In this document: piece by piece, positions 42,310 to 52,900 of the stretch | Numbering within the stretch: position 1 is the stretch's first letter | Layout: every line of letters starts with the position of its first letter | Origin: Pelagomonas calceolata | Lineage: Eukaryota | Assembly (NCBI GenBank): GCA_918797485.1 | Contig: CAKKNE010000002.1 | Span: forward strand, 4,960,001 to 5,024,000 | Direction: 5' to 3' | DNA: 64,000 nt | The notes under the pieces: generated by a model | The model's input: only the letters and a program-made list of their open reading frames with translations | Databases searched by the model: none | Told to the model about the DNA's origin: nothing | Made by a program: the position numbers and the translations under genes

Positions 42310-45300
42310 ATGCTCCTCCTCGGCCGGTGCGCGCTCCTCAGCGCGTTAGCGTGGGGGCAGCAGCGCCCCCCCCGCAGCGGGCCGAAGGCGCGGCGGTCCA
42401 AGGGGCGGCGCGGCGGCGCGCGCCGGCTCGAGGACACGACCGTGCCGACGGCCGTCCCGACGTCGCACCCAACGCCCACGTTCCAGCCGACGGCCGTGCC
42501 GGCGACCGCGCCGACGGCCGTGCCCACCGCGCTCCCGACGCCGGTGCCTACGATATTCAAACCGTCGAGCGAGCCGACGTCGGCGCCGAACTCGGTGCCG
42601 ACGTCGCCGACGTCCGTGCCGACGTTCGTGCCGACGGCCCAGCCGACGTCGGAGCCGTCGCCCGCGCCGTCGCCGGCCCCGACGGGCGTTCCGACGGAGC
42701 AGGACCCGACGCCCGCGCCGACGTCACCGCCAAGCGCGGTGCCGACGTCGCCGACGAGCAATCCGACTCTCGTCCCGACGCCCGTCCCGACATCGACGCC
42801 GACGTCGGAGCCGACGCCGACGTCGGAGCCGACGCCGACGGCGTTTTCCCGCAAGCCGACCGGCGTCCCGACGTTCGTGCCGACGTCGGCGCCAACGCCC
42901 ACGTTCCAGCCGACGACCAATCCGACCCCCGATCCGACTCTCGTGCCGACGTCCGTCCCGACTCTCCCGGCAACCGCCCCGACCTCGGTGCCGACGGCCT
43001 TGCCGACGGCCGTGCCGACGCCCCTGCCGGCGTGCTGCGTCGAGCACCAGTTTAGCGCCACCGGCGAGGTGGAAGGCACGACGTGCTACGGCGGCCGCTC
43101 GCCGTGGGACGCCGCCACGATGACCGACCTGTGCACGGCGGGTTATTCGGAGTACGGCGCGGCGGCGCCGCCCTTCCGCGATTGCAGGCAGGAGGCGGTT
43201 GACTCGGGGAACTGCGGGACCGGCGACTGGGACACCTGCGCGGAGTGTCCGGATGCGGGTAACACTGGGAAGTACTTCGCGAACGTCGGCTACTCGATGT
43301 GCCCCGACTGGGTGGTCGACGCCATGAACGCGGAGGGGGCCGCCGGCGGCCAGTGCGCGGCTTGGGTCCGCGACGGCGGGACCGGCGCATTTACGAGCAG
43401 CTGCACGAGCTGGTTATCGGCGCACGAGCGCTGCCACGACGCGCATGCCACGGGAGACGACGTGAGCTGCTGCGTCGGGAGCGACATCCGGGCGACGTGT
43501 CAGTGCGCCTCGGACTACGAGTGGTGGGACGACCGCCGGCTCTCCGCCGTCGACAAGCCGCGGCGTCTGGGTCACTGCTGCGACTACGGTGCGTACTGCT
43601 CTTGCATGGAGTCGGAGCTCGGCGCCGGCTGCACTGCGCCCGACTGCGGCGGCGACTGGGACGAGGACGACGAGGAATGCGACATCGAGACGTCCGGCGA
43701 CCGCAGCTCCTCGCCAAGCGGCACGACGAATCACGGCGCCGGGAGCGGGTGGTGCTACAGCGACCTGGACGACCACGTGGGCTGCGCGGCGTCGCCGGGC
43801 GACTGCTGGGCGATGTGCCTAGGCTACTACGGCGACGGCCTGGTGGCCATCGACTGGTGGTCGGATGAGGGCGGCCAGTGCTACTGCCAGTACGACTGCG
43901 AGTGCATGGAGGACGTCGGCGACGGCGCAGGCTACACTGTCACGCGCGACTCGAGGGTCGGCGCGCTGCCGCACGAGTGTGGCCCCGACGAGGGCGATGG
44001 CGACCATGACTGGTACGAGGACTGGATGTGGGAGAACGGCTGCCGCCCGGACTACTGCACGTCTACCGACGGCGGATATGGTTACGACTGCTGCGCCTCG
44101 ATGAACTGGGGCGAGCCGGCCACCTGCGCGAACGGCTACTCGCCATGGCCGCCGAGTCCGGGCGACGACTGCCAATACACGTGCTGCCCGAGCGCGACCA
44201 GCTGCGAGTACGTCGCCGGCCAGCCGTTCGTCCTTGTGGCGTTTGAGCCCGATCCAGCCACCCAGGCAATGTTGGGCCTGGCAGACGGGGAGTTCTCGGT
44301 GGGCCTGAATGATGCCGACAAAAACTACATCGCCGACGAGACTCCAAACGTCCACAGCAACACATTTTTCACGGTGCAAACGACGGAGGGCACGAAGATG
44401 CTTCAGGTCTGTTCGAACCCGACGTGCCCCGACGGCAGCGCCGCGACGTGCTGCGACGTCGATGGAGACTGCGAGGACGGCGACGACGACTACTGCTGCG
44501 GCGCAGACTACTACTGCTCGAACGACGGGGCCGAATACGCGGCGACCATGGGCGGCGTGCTCTGCTGCTCGCTCGGCCACGCGAGCGGCGGCATAACTTT
44601 CCCGGATATGCCGGACGAGTGGACGACGGACGCGACGCGGCCGCCGTCCATCGACGAGGACTTCCTCATCAACGTCGGTCTGCACGTTCACTGCCAAGAG
44701 TACGCGTCGGGGGCCAAGGCGCTAGCGATCGGGAACGCGGGCTCCGCCGGGAGCTGGGTCGTCAACGGTGACGGGACAATTTCGCCGCATGATGCCCCGC
44801 ACCTCGTGCTCGTCTGGGGCGACTTCACCACGGCCTCGTGCTGGGAGTCCGCGACTGGGTACATGGACCCGCAACCGAACAACCTAGTCCTCATGGACTC
44901 CGCGACGGCGCTCGGTTGCGAGGCCGCGAGAGAGGCCGATCCTGCCCAGATGTGCGCGCCGGTCTTCCGCGCGAGAGGCGTCGACTGCGATCACGCTGGC
45001 CACGACCATGGCAGCACCTGCGACGGCCTCCACCTCGAGGCCGGGGTGGGCGAGGTCTGCAACTGGGCGCACGGGGAGACGCACGGCTGCCCGATCGCGA
45101 ACGTGCCGCGGCACCGGTGGGAGTCCGACCTTTGGTCCTGCGACCAGCTGTGCGGGGAAATTGGCGGGCGGTGCAACCGCGCGGCTTACATGAGCAACAA
45201 CCACTGCGGGTCGGACGTGACCGAGCAGTTCGAATTCTCGTGCTGGGACCACGTCAACGGAATGGGGGCTTGGGTCGAGGACTTCGATCCGGAGCACGCG

Positions 45301-45705
45301 CTGTGCTGGTGCGCGGCCGACGACACGGACCACTGGTGGCACTACTACGACGAAGACGACGACGACGACGACGGGTTAGGCGGCGGCTCGGAGCTCGTCA
45401 TGTCCGGCGGCCTCGTCGCGATCGGGCTCACGTTCACGGGCATCACCATCGCGACCATCGCGAACCTGATGCAGGAGCAGTGCGCCCTGGGCCCGACGAT
45501 CATCTTCGAGGCCGGCACCACCCACCCCTACTACATCAGCCCCAACCTCTGCACCATCGGCACGCACACGTACGCCTCCAAGAAGACCGTGCGCGACGCG
45601 TCGCCGCGCACGGTCTGCCGCAAGTTCTGCGAGGCCGCGTCCGCCGCCGGGAAGCTGGCGCTCAAGCACGTCCAGGGCCTGACCTGCTACTGCAAGCGGC
45701 GGTAG
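42310..45705 (+). CDS. Secreted/surface Cys-rich modular protein with a long mucin-like PT stalk (paralogue B)
   Basis: Likely start MLLLGRCALLSALAWGQQ at 42310; ~200-aa PT repeat; shares most Cys modules and the C-terminus with paralogue A. Confidence 0.85.
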   Translation: MLLLGRCALLSALAWGQQRPPRSGPKARRSKGRRGGARRLEDTTVPTAVPTSHPTPTFQPTAVPATAPTAVPTALPTPVPTIFKPSSEPTSAPNSVPTSPTSVPTFVPTAQPTSEPSPAPSPAPTGVPTEQDPTPAPTSPPSAVPTSPTSNPTLVPTPVPTSTPTSEPTPTSEPTPTAFSRKPTGVPTFVPTSAPTPTFQPTTNPTPDPTLVPTSVPTLPATAPTSVPTALPTAVPTPLPACCVEHQFSATGEVEGTTCYGGRSPWDAATMTDLCTAGYSEYGAAAPPFRDCRQEAVDSGNCGTGDWDTCAECPDAGNTGKYFANVGYSMCPDWVVDAMNAEGAAGGQCAAWVRDGGTGAFTSSCTSWLSAHERCHDAHATGDDVSCCVGSDIRATCQCASDYEWWDDRRLSAVDKPRRLGHCCDYGAYCSCMESELGAGCTAPDCGGDWDEDDEECDIETSGDRSSSPSGTTNHGAGSGWCYSDLDDHVGCAASPGDCWAMCLGYYGDGLVAIDWWSDEGGQCYCQYDCECMEDVGDGAGYTVTRDSRVGALPHECGPDEGDGDHDWYEDWMWENGCRPDYCTSTDGGYGYDCCASMNWGEPATCANGYSPWPPSPGDDCQYTCCPSATSCEYVAGQPFVLVAFEPDPATQAMLGLADGEFSVGLNDADKNYIADETPNVHSNTFFTVQTTEGTKMLQVCSNPTCPDGSAATCCDVDGDCEDGDDDYCCGADYYCSNDGAEYAATMGGVLCCSLGHASGGITFPDMPDEWTTDATRPPSIDEDFLINVGLHVHCQEYASGAKALAIGNAGSAGSWVVNGDGTISPHDAPHLVLVWGDFTTASCWESATGYMDPQPNNLVLMDSATALGCEAAREADPAQMCAPVFRARGVDCDHAGHDHGSTCDGLHLEAGVGEVCNWAHGETHGCPIANVPRHRWESDLWSCDQLCGEIGGRCNRAAYMSNNHCGSDVTEQFEFSCWDHVNGMGAWVEDFDPEHALCWCAADDTDHWWHYYDEDDDDDDGLGGGSELVMSGGLVAIGLTFTGITIATIANLMQEQCALGPTIIFEAGTTHPYYISPNLCTIGTHTYASKKTVRDASPRTVCRKFCEAASAAGKLALKHVQGLTCYCKRR

Positions 45706-45788
45706 TGCCCCTTTCTTTTTGCTTCCCCCCCTCCCCCCTTCGAACGGTCGTCGCCTCGGACCGATTGTATAAATCTTTCGTGTCATAC

Positions 45789-46316
45789 TTATGACGGCTC
45801 CTCGACGGTCGCGTCGTCGGCGGCCGCGTCCTTCTTCGCGGCCTTGCGGGCCTTCCGGGCCTCGCGCTCGGCCTTGGCCCTCGCCTTCTTCTCCTCCTTG
45901 GAGAGCTTCTCCTTCTTCTCGAAGAGGCCCTCGCCCTTTTGGATCGGCGCGACGGCGGAGACGTGCTCCTTCGGCCGAGGCTTGCTCGAGGGGGGTTGCG
46001 AGCCAACGTCGTAGTCGTCCAAGTACACGGCCGTCCCGGCGGACTTGCCCCAGAGCATGCGCTCGTCGCAGAGCATGCCTTCGCTGACGACGCCGCCGAC
46101 GTTCGCCTTCTTCACGGGCTCGTCGAGGCCGCTCACCTCCGCGCCGACGCGCGCCACGACGATGCGTTTGCCGACCTTCTCGGGCAGCACGTTCGGCGCG
46201 TTCGACACGACGGTGAACTCCTTCTCGCCGTCGCTCACGGTGCACTTCTTCAACTTATCCTTGCCCGCTATAGCTTCGACGGCCAGCAGCTCGCAGACTA
46301 CGATGTCGGGATGCAT
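45789..46316 (-). CDS. tRNA-binding OB-fold protein (Trbp/EMAP-II/PheRS-beta-N type) with Lys-rich tail
   Basis: IVVCELL..DKLKKCTVSDGE..VVSNAPNV..VARVGA..VKKANVGGVVSEGMLC; likely start MHPDIV at 46316. Confidence 0.85.
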   Translation of the reverse strand: MHPDIVVCELLAVEAIAGKDKLKKCTVSDGEKEFTVVSNAPNVLPEKVGKRIVVARVGAEVSGLDEPVKKANVGGVVSEGMLCDERMLWGKSAGTAVYLDDYDVGSQPPSSKPRPKEHVSAVAPIQKGEGLFEKKEKLSKEEKKARAKAEREARKARKAAKKDAAADDATVEEPS

Positions 46317-46599
46317 CGCCGCGACAAATGTCGGCTTTACGGTGCCCTGCTGCCTGCTGCAGCGACTGCACACTGCCAGCTAGCTGCAGTTGCGGTCCAA
46401 GTGGATGATCAATCGCCTTGGCGCGTTTGTGCGAATTAATCGTTATTGATCAAGAACCTTGGCGCAGTTTTTGCGGCAAACTAGTCGTTATTACACAACA
46501 TGTACGCGGATGTGGTACGGTTTCTAGTGTCTTACATACGCTAGCTCTGAGTCGGTGCACCCAATGACTGCCGCTCATAGATACAGCATTGCTCGAAAA

Positions 46600-47514
46600 A
46601 TGAAGCTGCTCTGCCTTGCACAGCTCCTTCACTTCGCTCACGCTGCGCAGCCTGCCCTCAGACGCCGCTCTCTCATTGCTACTGCTCCGCTGACGCTGCT
46701 GCGGCCGGCGCACGCGGCCGAGCGCTACATCGATCAAAAGGTCGTCGCTGAACTAGGCGCCGACGGGCAGCCCGTCGCGTACGAGACCGTGCGGCGCCTC
46801 ACGGGCGAGGGCACGGGCCTGGATCTGTCGCGGAACGAGGACATCTCAGAGCGGATCTTCATCGACGCCGCGAACTGGCCCGCGGCGGCGCCCTTCTCGG
46901 AAAACGACTTCAAGCGGCTCGACGAGAATGACGACGCGCAGTTCTATCCCGCCCAGCAGCCGCGCCTGGTCTATCATATTGATGAGGGCGCCGTCGCCGC
47001 GCTGACGGCGTACTACAAGCGCGAGATCAAGCCGGGGAGTGACGTCCTCGACATCTGCAGCAGCTGGGTCAGCCACTACCCGCAGAACCTGAAGATGGGA
47101 CGCGTCGCCGGCACAGGGATGAACGAGCGAGAACTGCGGGCGAACACGCAGCTCACGGAGTTCACGCAGCGCGATTTGAACAAGGTCCCGCAGCTACCGT
47201 ACAAGGACCGGAGCTTCGACGTGGTAACGTGTGTGGTCTCCATTGATTATCTTACTCAGCCGATCAAAATCCTGAAGGAAGCCCGGCGCGTGTTGCGGCC
47301 GGGCGGAAAGGTCATCCTCTCGCAGTCTAACCGGATGTTTATGACGAAAGCGGTGCGGATGTGGGTCAGCATGGGCGACGAGGACCATCTGGAGTTGATC
47401 GGTCAATATTTGAAGTACGCCGGCGGCTACGGTGCGCCGGCGGCGTACGACATCTCCGCGAAGGGCCGCGGGGCGCGGGACCCGATGTATATCGTGACCG
47501 CGACGGCCGTGTAG
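46600..47514 (+). CDS. Class I SAM-dependent methyltransferase (Methyltransf_11), probably plastid-targeted
   Basis: FKRLDENDDAQFY..PRLVYHID..VLDICSSWVSHYP..GMNERELRAN..FDVVTCVVSIDYL..RVLRPGG..SNRMF.TKA. Confidence 0.9.
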   Translation: MKLLCLAQLLHFAHAAQPALRRRSLIATAPLTLLRPAHAAERYIDQKVVAELGADGQPVAYETVRRLTGEGTGLDLSRNEDISERIFIDAANWPAAAPFSENDFKRLDENDDAQFYPAQQPRLVYHIDEGAVAALTAYYKREIKPGSDVLDICSSWVSHYPQNLKMGRVAGTGMNERELRANTQLTEFTQRDLNKVPQLPYKDRSFDVVTCVVSIDYLTQPIKILKEARRVLRPGGKVILSQSNRMFMTKAVRMWVSMGDEDHLELIGQYLKYAGGYGAPAAYDISAKGRGARDPMYIVTATAV

Positions 47515-47802
47515 CGTAATTGTTGTTGTGTCTACTCGCTGCTTCGATGGCGTCAAGTTGTTACGGTGCTAGGACTAGTGGCGACGCGTCGATGCGGGCT
47601 AGTGCCTTACATGCCGCTAGCTGTCGCTGCGGCTGGTCCAAAAAGCCCTGCTGCTCATCGAGCAGCGGTGTTCACACAGCGAAGGCTTATCTAAACAAAG
47701 GCTCTTACATTGGCAGAGCTCGGGCAAACCAGAACGCCACCCCTAGACGCGCCGTCGACGCATACACAGCCCACATCAACCACAGCGCTCTGACGCAAAA
47801 CG

Positions 47803-49668
47803 ATGCGACGCCACCTCGCGACAGCGCTCCTCGCGACCGCCGCCAGCGCGCTCGTGCCCCCGGCCGCACCGCGACGATCAAAAGCGCTGCGCACGCGCGA
47901 CGCGGGCGTCGCCCACAAAATTCCAATTATAGAGGGCGAGGCCGTGGACCCGGCCTCGGACCCGAGCCGGCCGCGCTGGCTCTACGCACCGTCCAAAGTA
48001 CCGAACGCGAGCCACTGGGACGTCGTCCTCGACGCGCGGTCGCCGTCCGAATTTGAAGAAGACCGCATTTTGGGCGCGCTCTCGACGCCCGTCCTGGACG
48101 ACGATGAACGCGCCGAGGTCGGCACGCTCTACGCTTCCAATAGTTTTCAAGCGCGAGTGCGCGGGGCTTCTTTGGTCGCCAACCGCCTCGCCCACATCTT
48201 ACAAGATGACCGCATCGCCACGCTCCCGCGCGACGCGCGCATTCTGGTGTACTGCTGGCGCGGCGGCGACAGATCGGGATCCTTGGCCCATGCGCTGTCG
48301 CGAATAGGCTGGCACGTGGCATTGTTACAGGGAGGTTATAAAGCTTACCGGAAGCTGGTGCGGGAGGCGTTGTATGAGGATAGTGAAGGTGCATTATTGA
48401 GGAACTGCGTGGCTATTGGAGGGGCCACGGGCTCGGGCAAAGGCCTTATTTTAGATGCTCTATCAGCGCGGGGCGCGCAAGTGATCGATCTGGAAGGTTT
48501 AGCGTCGCATCGGGGTTCTATCTTAGGGGCGGAACCTGGTGTAAAACAGCCCACCCAGAAGCACTTCGAATCGAGGCTCTACAACGCTCTGAAAGCGCTC
48601 GACCCGTCGCGGCCGACCTTTGTTGAATTAGAATCAGCCAAGATCGGGCGCTTGGATGTTCCTAGACCTATTTTTCGAAGGTTAATTGAAGCGCCCGTCG
48701 TGGAAGTGCAGGTGCCGGTCGAGAGTAGGGTAAAGTGGATCCGCGAGGGCTATTCGCACTTCGAGGATGGTGGCGAAGGCACGGCACAGCTCCGACGGTT
48801 GCTCGACTTCTGCGCGCCTACTGCTGGCAAGAAGACCGTAGCGAGGTGGAATTCGTTAATTGACCAAGAGGACTGGGATGCTTTTGTTACAGATATGCTC
48901 GAGAGCCACTACGACGTCGGGTATCAACGTTCTCGCGCTAGAGACCGTAGGAATGCCGGTGTGAGTCAAGAGGAGCCCTTCTACGTCGACATGGCCTCGA
49001 CGCGTGACGACGACGTGTCCACATGTGCAGCGCAGATCTTGGAGCGCTTTTCCCGTCCGAAGTTGCGGGTGGCCGTCCACAAGCCAAGTAGACAGCCGCT
49101 GACGGTCATGCACGCTTCATTACGAGAAGGAGAGACTGGTGAAGTCTCTGCAGAGGAACTTACGAACGACCAAATTGTGAAATTCGTGAGAGAGGAGGTC
49201 ACGGATCAGGAGGTCAACGAATTGGTTTGGCGCTGTTTGGGGTACAAACGGACGAGCGACGGCTGGAATGCCGATCATGTTTTTCCGAAGTGGGCCGCGA
49301 AGTACCCGCAGCCGCCCGATTTGATAGGTGTCACGCGGACCTACTCGAAGGACGTCGACGAAGTCGTGCTCAGGGCCAACCAGGCCCTCGTCGCGTCGAT
49401 CCCCATGAAGTACAAGGGGGGCATCAAGGAGCACCTCCGGAAAGTGGGCTGGACCGGGTATCTGCTGGAAGGCCTCACGCCGAACAAAACTCGTCGTGCA
49501 CAATGCGCGAATTGGGTGTTGTACTACCGGGAGGCGCTGTTCGGGAAGAGCCTGGAGGAATTGAAGGCGGCTCGATCAAGGGATATTGAGGCGGAGAACG
49601 AGAAGCTGCGGAGAGCGGGGAAGATGCTGCGTTCAGCGAAGGGGGAAGCTTCGGGTAAGGATGGGTAG
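47803..49668 (+). CDS. selU: tRNA 2-selenouridine/geranyl-2-thiouridine synthase (SelU/MnmH) fused to a C-terminal DUF1823-like domain; bipartite plastid presequence
   Basis: Rhodanese LDARSPSEF..G..YCWRGGDRS..GGYKAYR; P-loop GATGSGK; IDLEGLASHRGS, QPTQKHFES, ESAKIG, HYD. Then VNELVWRCLGY..W..KYPQPPD..SIP..LTPNKTRRAQCANW. N-terminus ATAASA-LVPP. Confidence 0.88.
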   Translation: MRRHLATALLATAASALVPPAAPRRSKALRTRDAGVAHKIPIIEGEAVDPASDPSRPRWLYAPSKVPNASHWDVVLDARSPSEFEEDRILGALSTPVLDDDERAEVGTLYASNSFQARVRGASLVANRLAHILQDDRIATLPRDARILVYCWRGGDRSGSLAHALSRIGWHVALLQGGYKAYRKLVREALYEDSEGALLRNCVAIGGATGSGKGLILDALSARGAQVIDLEGLASHRGSILGAEPGVKQPTQKHFESRLYNALKALDPSRPTFVELESAKIGRLDVPRPIFRRLIEAPVVEVQVPVESRVKWIREGYSHFEDGGEGTAQLRRLLDFCAPTAGKKTVARWNSLIDQEDWDAFVTDMLESHYDVGYQRSRARDRRNAGVSQEEPFYVDMASTRDDDVSTCAAQILERFSRPKLRVAVHKPSRQPLTVMHASLREGETGEVSAEELTNDQIVKFVREEVTDQEVNELVWRCLGYKRTSDGWNADHVFPKWAAKYPQPPDLIGVTRTYSKDVDEVVLRANQALVASIPMKYKGGIKEHLRKVGWTGYLLEGLTPNKTRRAQCANWVLYYREALFGKSLEELKAARSRDIEAENEKLRRAGKMLRSAKGEASGKDG

Positions 49669-49978
49669 CTTTCTCCGCGTCGACGGCGTCGGGGTGGCGT
49701 AACACTCGGTGCGGAGGCGTTGGGGTCTCGGGCATACAGTCAGACCCCGCCGCGTCGGCGCAGGTGTCGGCACTACCTATGGTGCCGAGCGCCGAGCGCC
49801 GAGCGCACCCCTTTCCGCCGGTCGAAACGCTGCTCCCCGCGTCTGTAGATAGGTTTCCATGCTTCCACACATGCCCTGCATACGAGCAAAAAAAGCGATC
49901 ATATATACCTATGGTGCCGAGCGCCACGGCCAGGCCTCAGCCTATCGCTAAGCAAGGCAAGACTAGTAGTAACATATC

Positions 49979-52900
49979 TTACTTGGACGCGACGTCCATG
50001 ATCAGCGCCGTGCCGGCCAGGACCCACTTCGCCGCCGGCGCTTTGGTCTTCAACGGCGCTGAAAAGACGTACGTCGGCCCGCGCCGCAAATGCTTGTAGC
50101 AGGGACATTCGTAAATGTTCGACTCGGTCTTGTCCGCGGGGGCCGCCTTGCAGTTGATGACTGGCATGAGGCAGGTCATCTCGCCCGCCGCCGATGGAGC
50201 GAGCATGGCGCCCTGCATGTCCCACCGAGCACCCTCTAAAGATAGACCGTAGACGTAGGCGCCGTCCCGAGAATGGGCACTAAACTCCGAAGGCTCCATG
50301 CGCTTCGTGACCTCCGTCGCGACTCGTAGTTTGTCCAACTCTAGGGATTGGGCTTGTGCGGTCGTCTGCATCACGGCCGTCAAGAATGACGTCGGATTAA
50401 ATAATCCCGAGAGCCAAGTCACGACCGGGATGTCGGTCGGGCCTTGAGTCCACTCGCGGAGCTGCTCCAGTCGGCCTTTGAGGTTGGCCAGCCAGGTCGT
50501 CAAGCCCCGAATAGAGGGATAGGCGACCTTCGACCACGCGCCGGGTACCCTATCCAGGAATAACGCATCTTGCAAGCGCTCCATGTGGTCGCCCATGGTG
50601 AGCTCACCCTTGAAGCCTAGATCCAACTCTTCTAAGGTAGCGAGCATGGTTTCTATGAGTGCATTCATCAACTCGCACTCCTGCAGGAATACCGTATGAT
50701 ACGGCCCCGGCTCATCTAACAAGCTTAGAACAGCGTCGATGTCGAAGATAGCGTCCCTATGGTTCTCCAGGATATCCTGCAAAGCACTTTCAGCAACAGT
50801 TTGTTTCGACGCGCCTTCCTCGCCCGACGCCTCGTCGCCGGCCCCCAAGTCTAGGATGGATAGACATAGCTGCTCGGACTGGTCCGTCCGGAAGCCGATC
50901 TCCGCATTGGGGTGGAACCCGAAAGCCAATGGGCTGTCGCCCTGCATCGTCTGCTCGACGTGCTGCAACACCTTGTCGAAAGAGTCGGAAGTCTGCGGCG
51001 CCGCGAAGTACTGCAGCTTGACATCGGGGTACGGATACATGTCCATCTCGTCGAGGAGCTCGTCCTTCATGTAAAACCGCAAATATTCTTGACACACGAG
51101 TCGATCAAAATCGTTCACGATGTGGCCGCCGTACATGATCTCCCCAAATAAGTAGCGGAGGTCGTCCCAGGGCACCTTCGTGGGCGCGTTCTCCATGTAG
51201 TTTTTGAGGACCGAGGCCGAATTGATTAAGTCGCCCACCGCGAACGGGTAGTGCATGTTCCGGCCCTGGGCCCCGAACTTTCTTCTCTCGAGCATGACGG
51301 CGTGGAAATGGCATAATCCAAAAAGAATGCCCCGCGTCCTGCCTTCGAGCTCTTCATACTCTTCGCGACTGAACGTACAAAAAGCCTGTTTTATATTCGC
51401 TTTCAAGCCGCTGGGAGGATCAGACGTGAGCTTTATGGACCGGTCGAGGATGCCGATCGGGATGCTGTTCGACGGATCAGAAGACATGAACACGCGGAAG
51501 TTCTCGTGACTGCCGGACGAGGCATATTCATCTAATAATTTTTCCACTTTCTTCAGCCACCGCGGCATCAAATGGACGTTGTTCAAGATCACCCAGTGGC
51601 CACTGCGATGCGCCGCTTCCAACCGCTCCTGCGCGACGACGTCCTGCCCTTGACCGAGCGACACGTTAAAGTAGGTCTCGCCGGCCTTCATGCCATCTCT
51701 CTCGGCTAGCTTGTCCACGTCCGCCACGACATTCGCGCCCGGCGACAGCACGAAGTAGATCGGGACCGTGGGCGAGGCGTCGTCGAAGGCCTGCTCCAAA
51801 ACGCCGAACGAGTTACTATCCGCATCCAAGTCGGCGTAGCCCGAACCACCCGGCAATGTCGTGCGCACGAACTGCATCAACGCCGACGTCAGTCGGTCCG
51901 GCCGCAGACATCTAACTACAAGTAGTTTCCGGAACGGCCTCCTGTCTAAGTCTCTCCAATCTAAAGGTAGTTTTTCCGTCTCGGGCGTGGCATGATTGAA
52001 CCACTCCGCGAAGCGCGGCGCGTTCTCCTCCAAGTCTGAGGGTAATTTCTCGAACCCTAGAGCCTCGACATCTGCCAAGGCGCAGACCATGGCCCAGTTC
52101 TGCGGCTGGAGCCACGGCGCCGGCGGATCTCCGGGGTCGTCCTTCTGCGGGCCTCTTAACAAGAATGCCAGGGCCTCGGGCGAGTAGCCGCTCAAAGCGG
52201 CGATCTTGGACCACGCGCCGCCTTCCCCTCCGTCTTCTGGAGTATCATTTAGGCCCTGCTGTAGTAAGCCTACCACTACTTGTACTAGGAAAACTAAACG
52301 ATGCCTTTCAAACAGCCCGCGCGCGACCCACTGGAAGATGGTCCACCGCACGCTCGACAAAAGAGCGTCGACGCGTTTCTTCGCGTCGTCAGACATGACC
52401 GCGCGCTTCATGCCGTTGTAGAAGAAGGTCTCGAACGACGCGAGGGAGTACTGGTAGGCGTACTGGATCTTGTTGAGCTGCAGGAGCATGAAGTAGAGAC
52501 AAGAAGCTTCGGCCGCGACGGGCCGGTAGACCTCGCGCGCCTCGTTGATGCCGATCTCCGTCTCCTTGCCCTTGGCCACGGCTCGCGCGATCTCACCGGC
52601 AGTAGCTTTGGTAGATTCCAGACCCTCGATGAGAGGTATATCAGATAAAATGTCCGCGGGCGCGTTCGCGAGCTTGTAGAGTAAGTCATCCTCCAAGCCT
52701 TTCAGCTGAATTTTATATTCATTAAAGGCCTGCACGAGTTCGTTCTTCTGCTGCTCGATGTCCGCCCGTTCCCTTCCTACGACCTTCGCTAGTAGTTGAT
52801 CCTCGAGACCCGACTGCGTAACTATAAAATTGATGAGCGTGCACTGCGCCGCGATCTCGGGCTTGTAGTGCGGGTTCGCCAGCCGCGTCTGGAGGTATAA

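Larger units (their letters stand above)
38550..45820 (+). repeat. Tandem segmental duplication (units ~38550-42065 and ~42105-45820)
   Basis: Duplicated upstream region (38553-38640 vs 42109-42185), shared coding modules, and a duplicated 3' flank that includes the end of the downstream gene. Confidence 0.88.

Noticed and set aside
42030..43079. 349-aa VG-repeat ORF on the minus strand
   Set aside because: Antisense of the PT stalk; its EEPS* end comes from the duplicated neighbour-gene fragment.
45789..49668. tRNA-binding protein + methyltransferase + SelU as a tRNA-modification cluster
   Set aside because: Mixed orientation and targeting, unknown methyltransferase substrate, and adjacency alone is weak evidence in a eukaryote; conserved synteny would be needed.
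49776..49926. 19-bp direct repeat acctatggtgccgagcgcc and ORF 49475-49927
   Set aside because: Only two copies, no TIR or domain; insufficient to call an element or gene.
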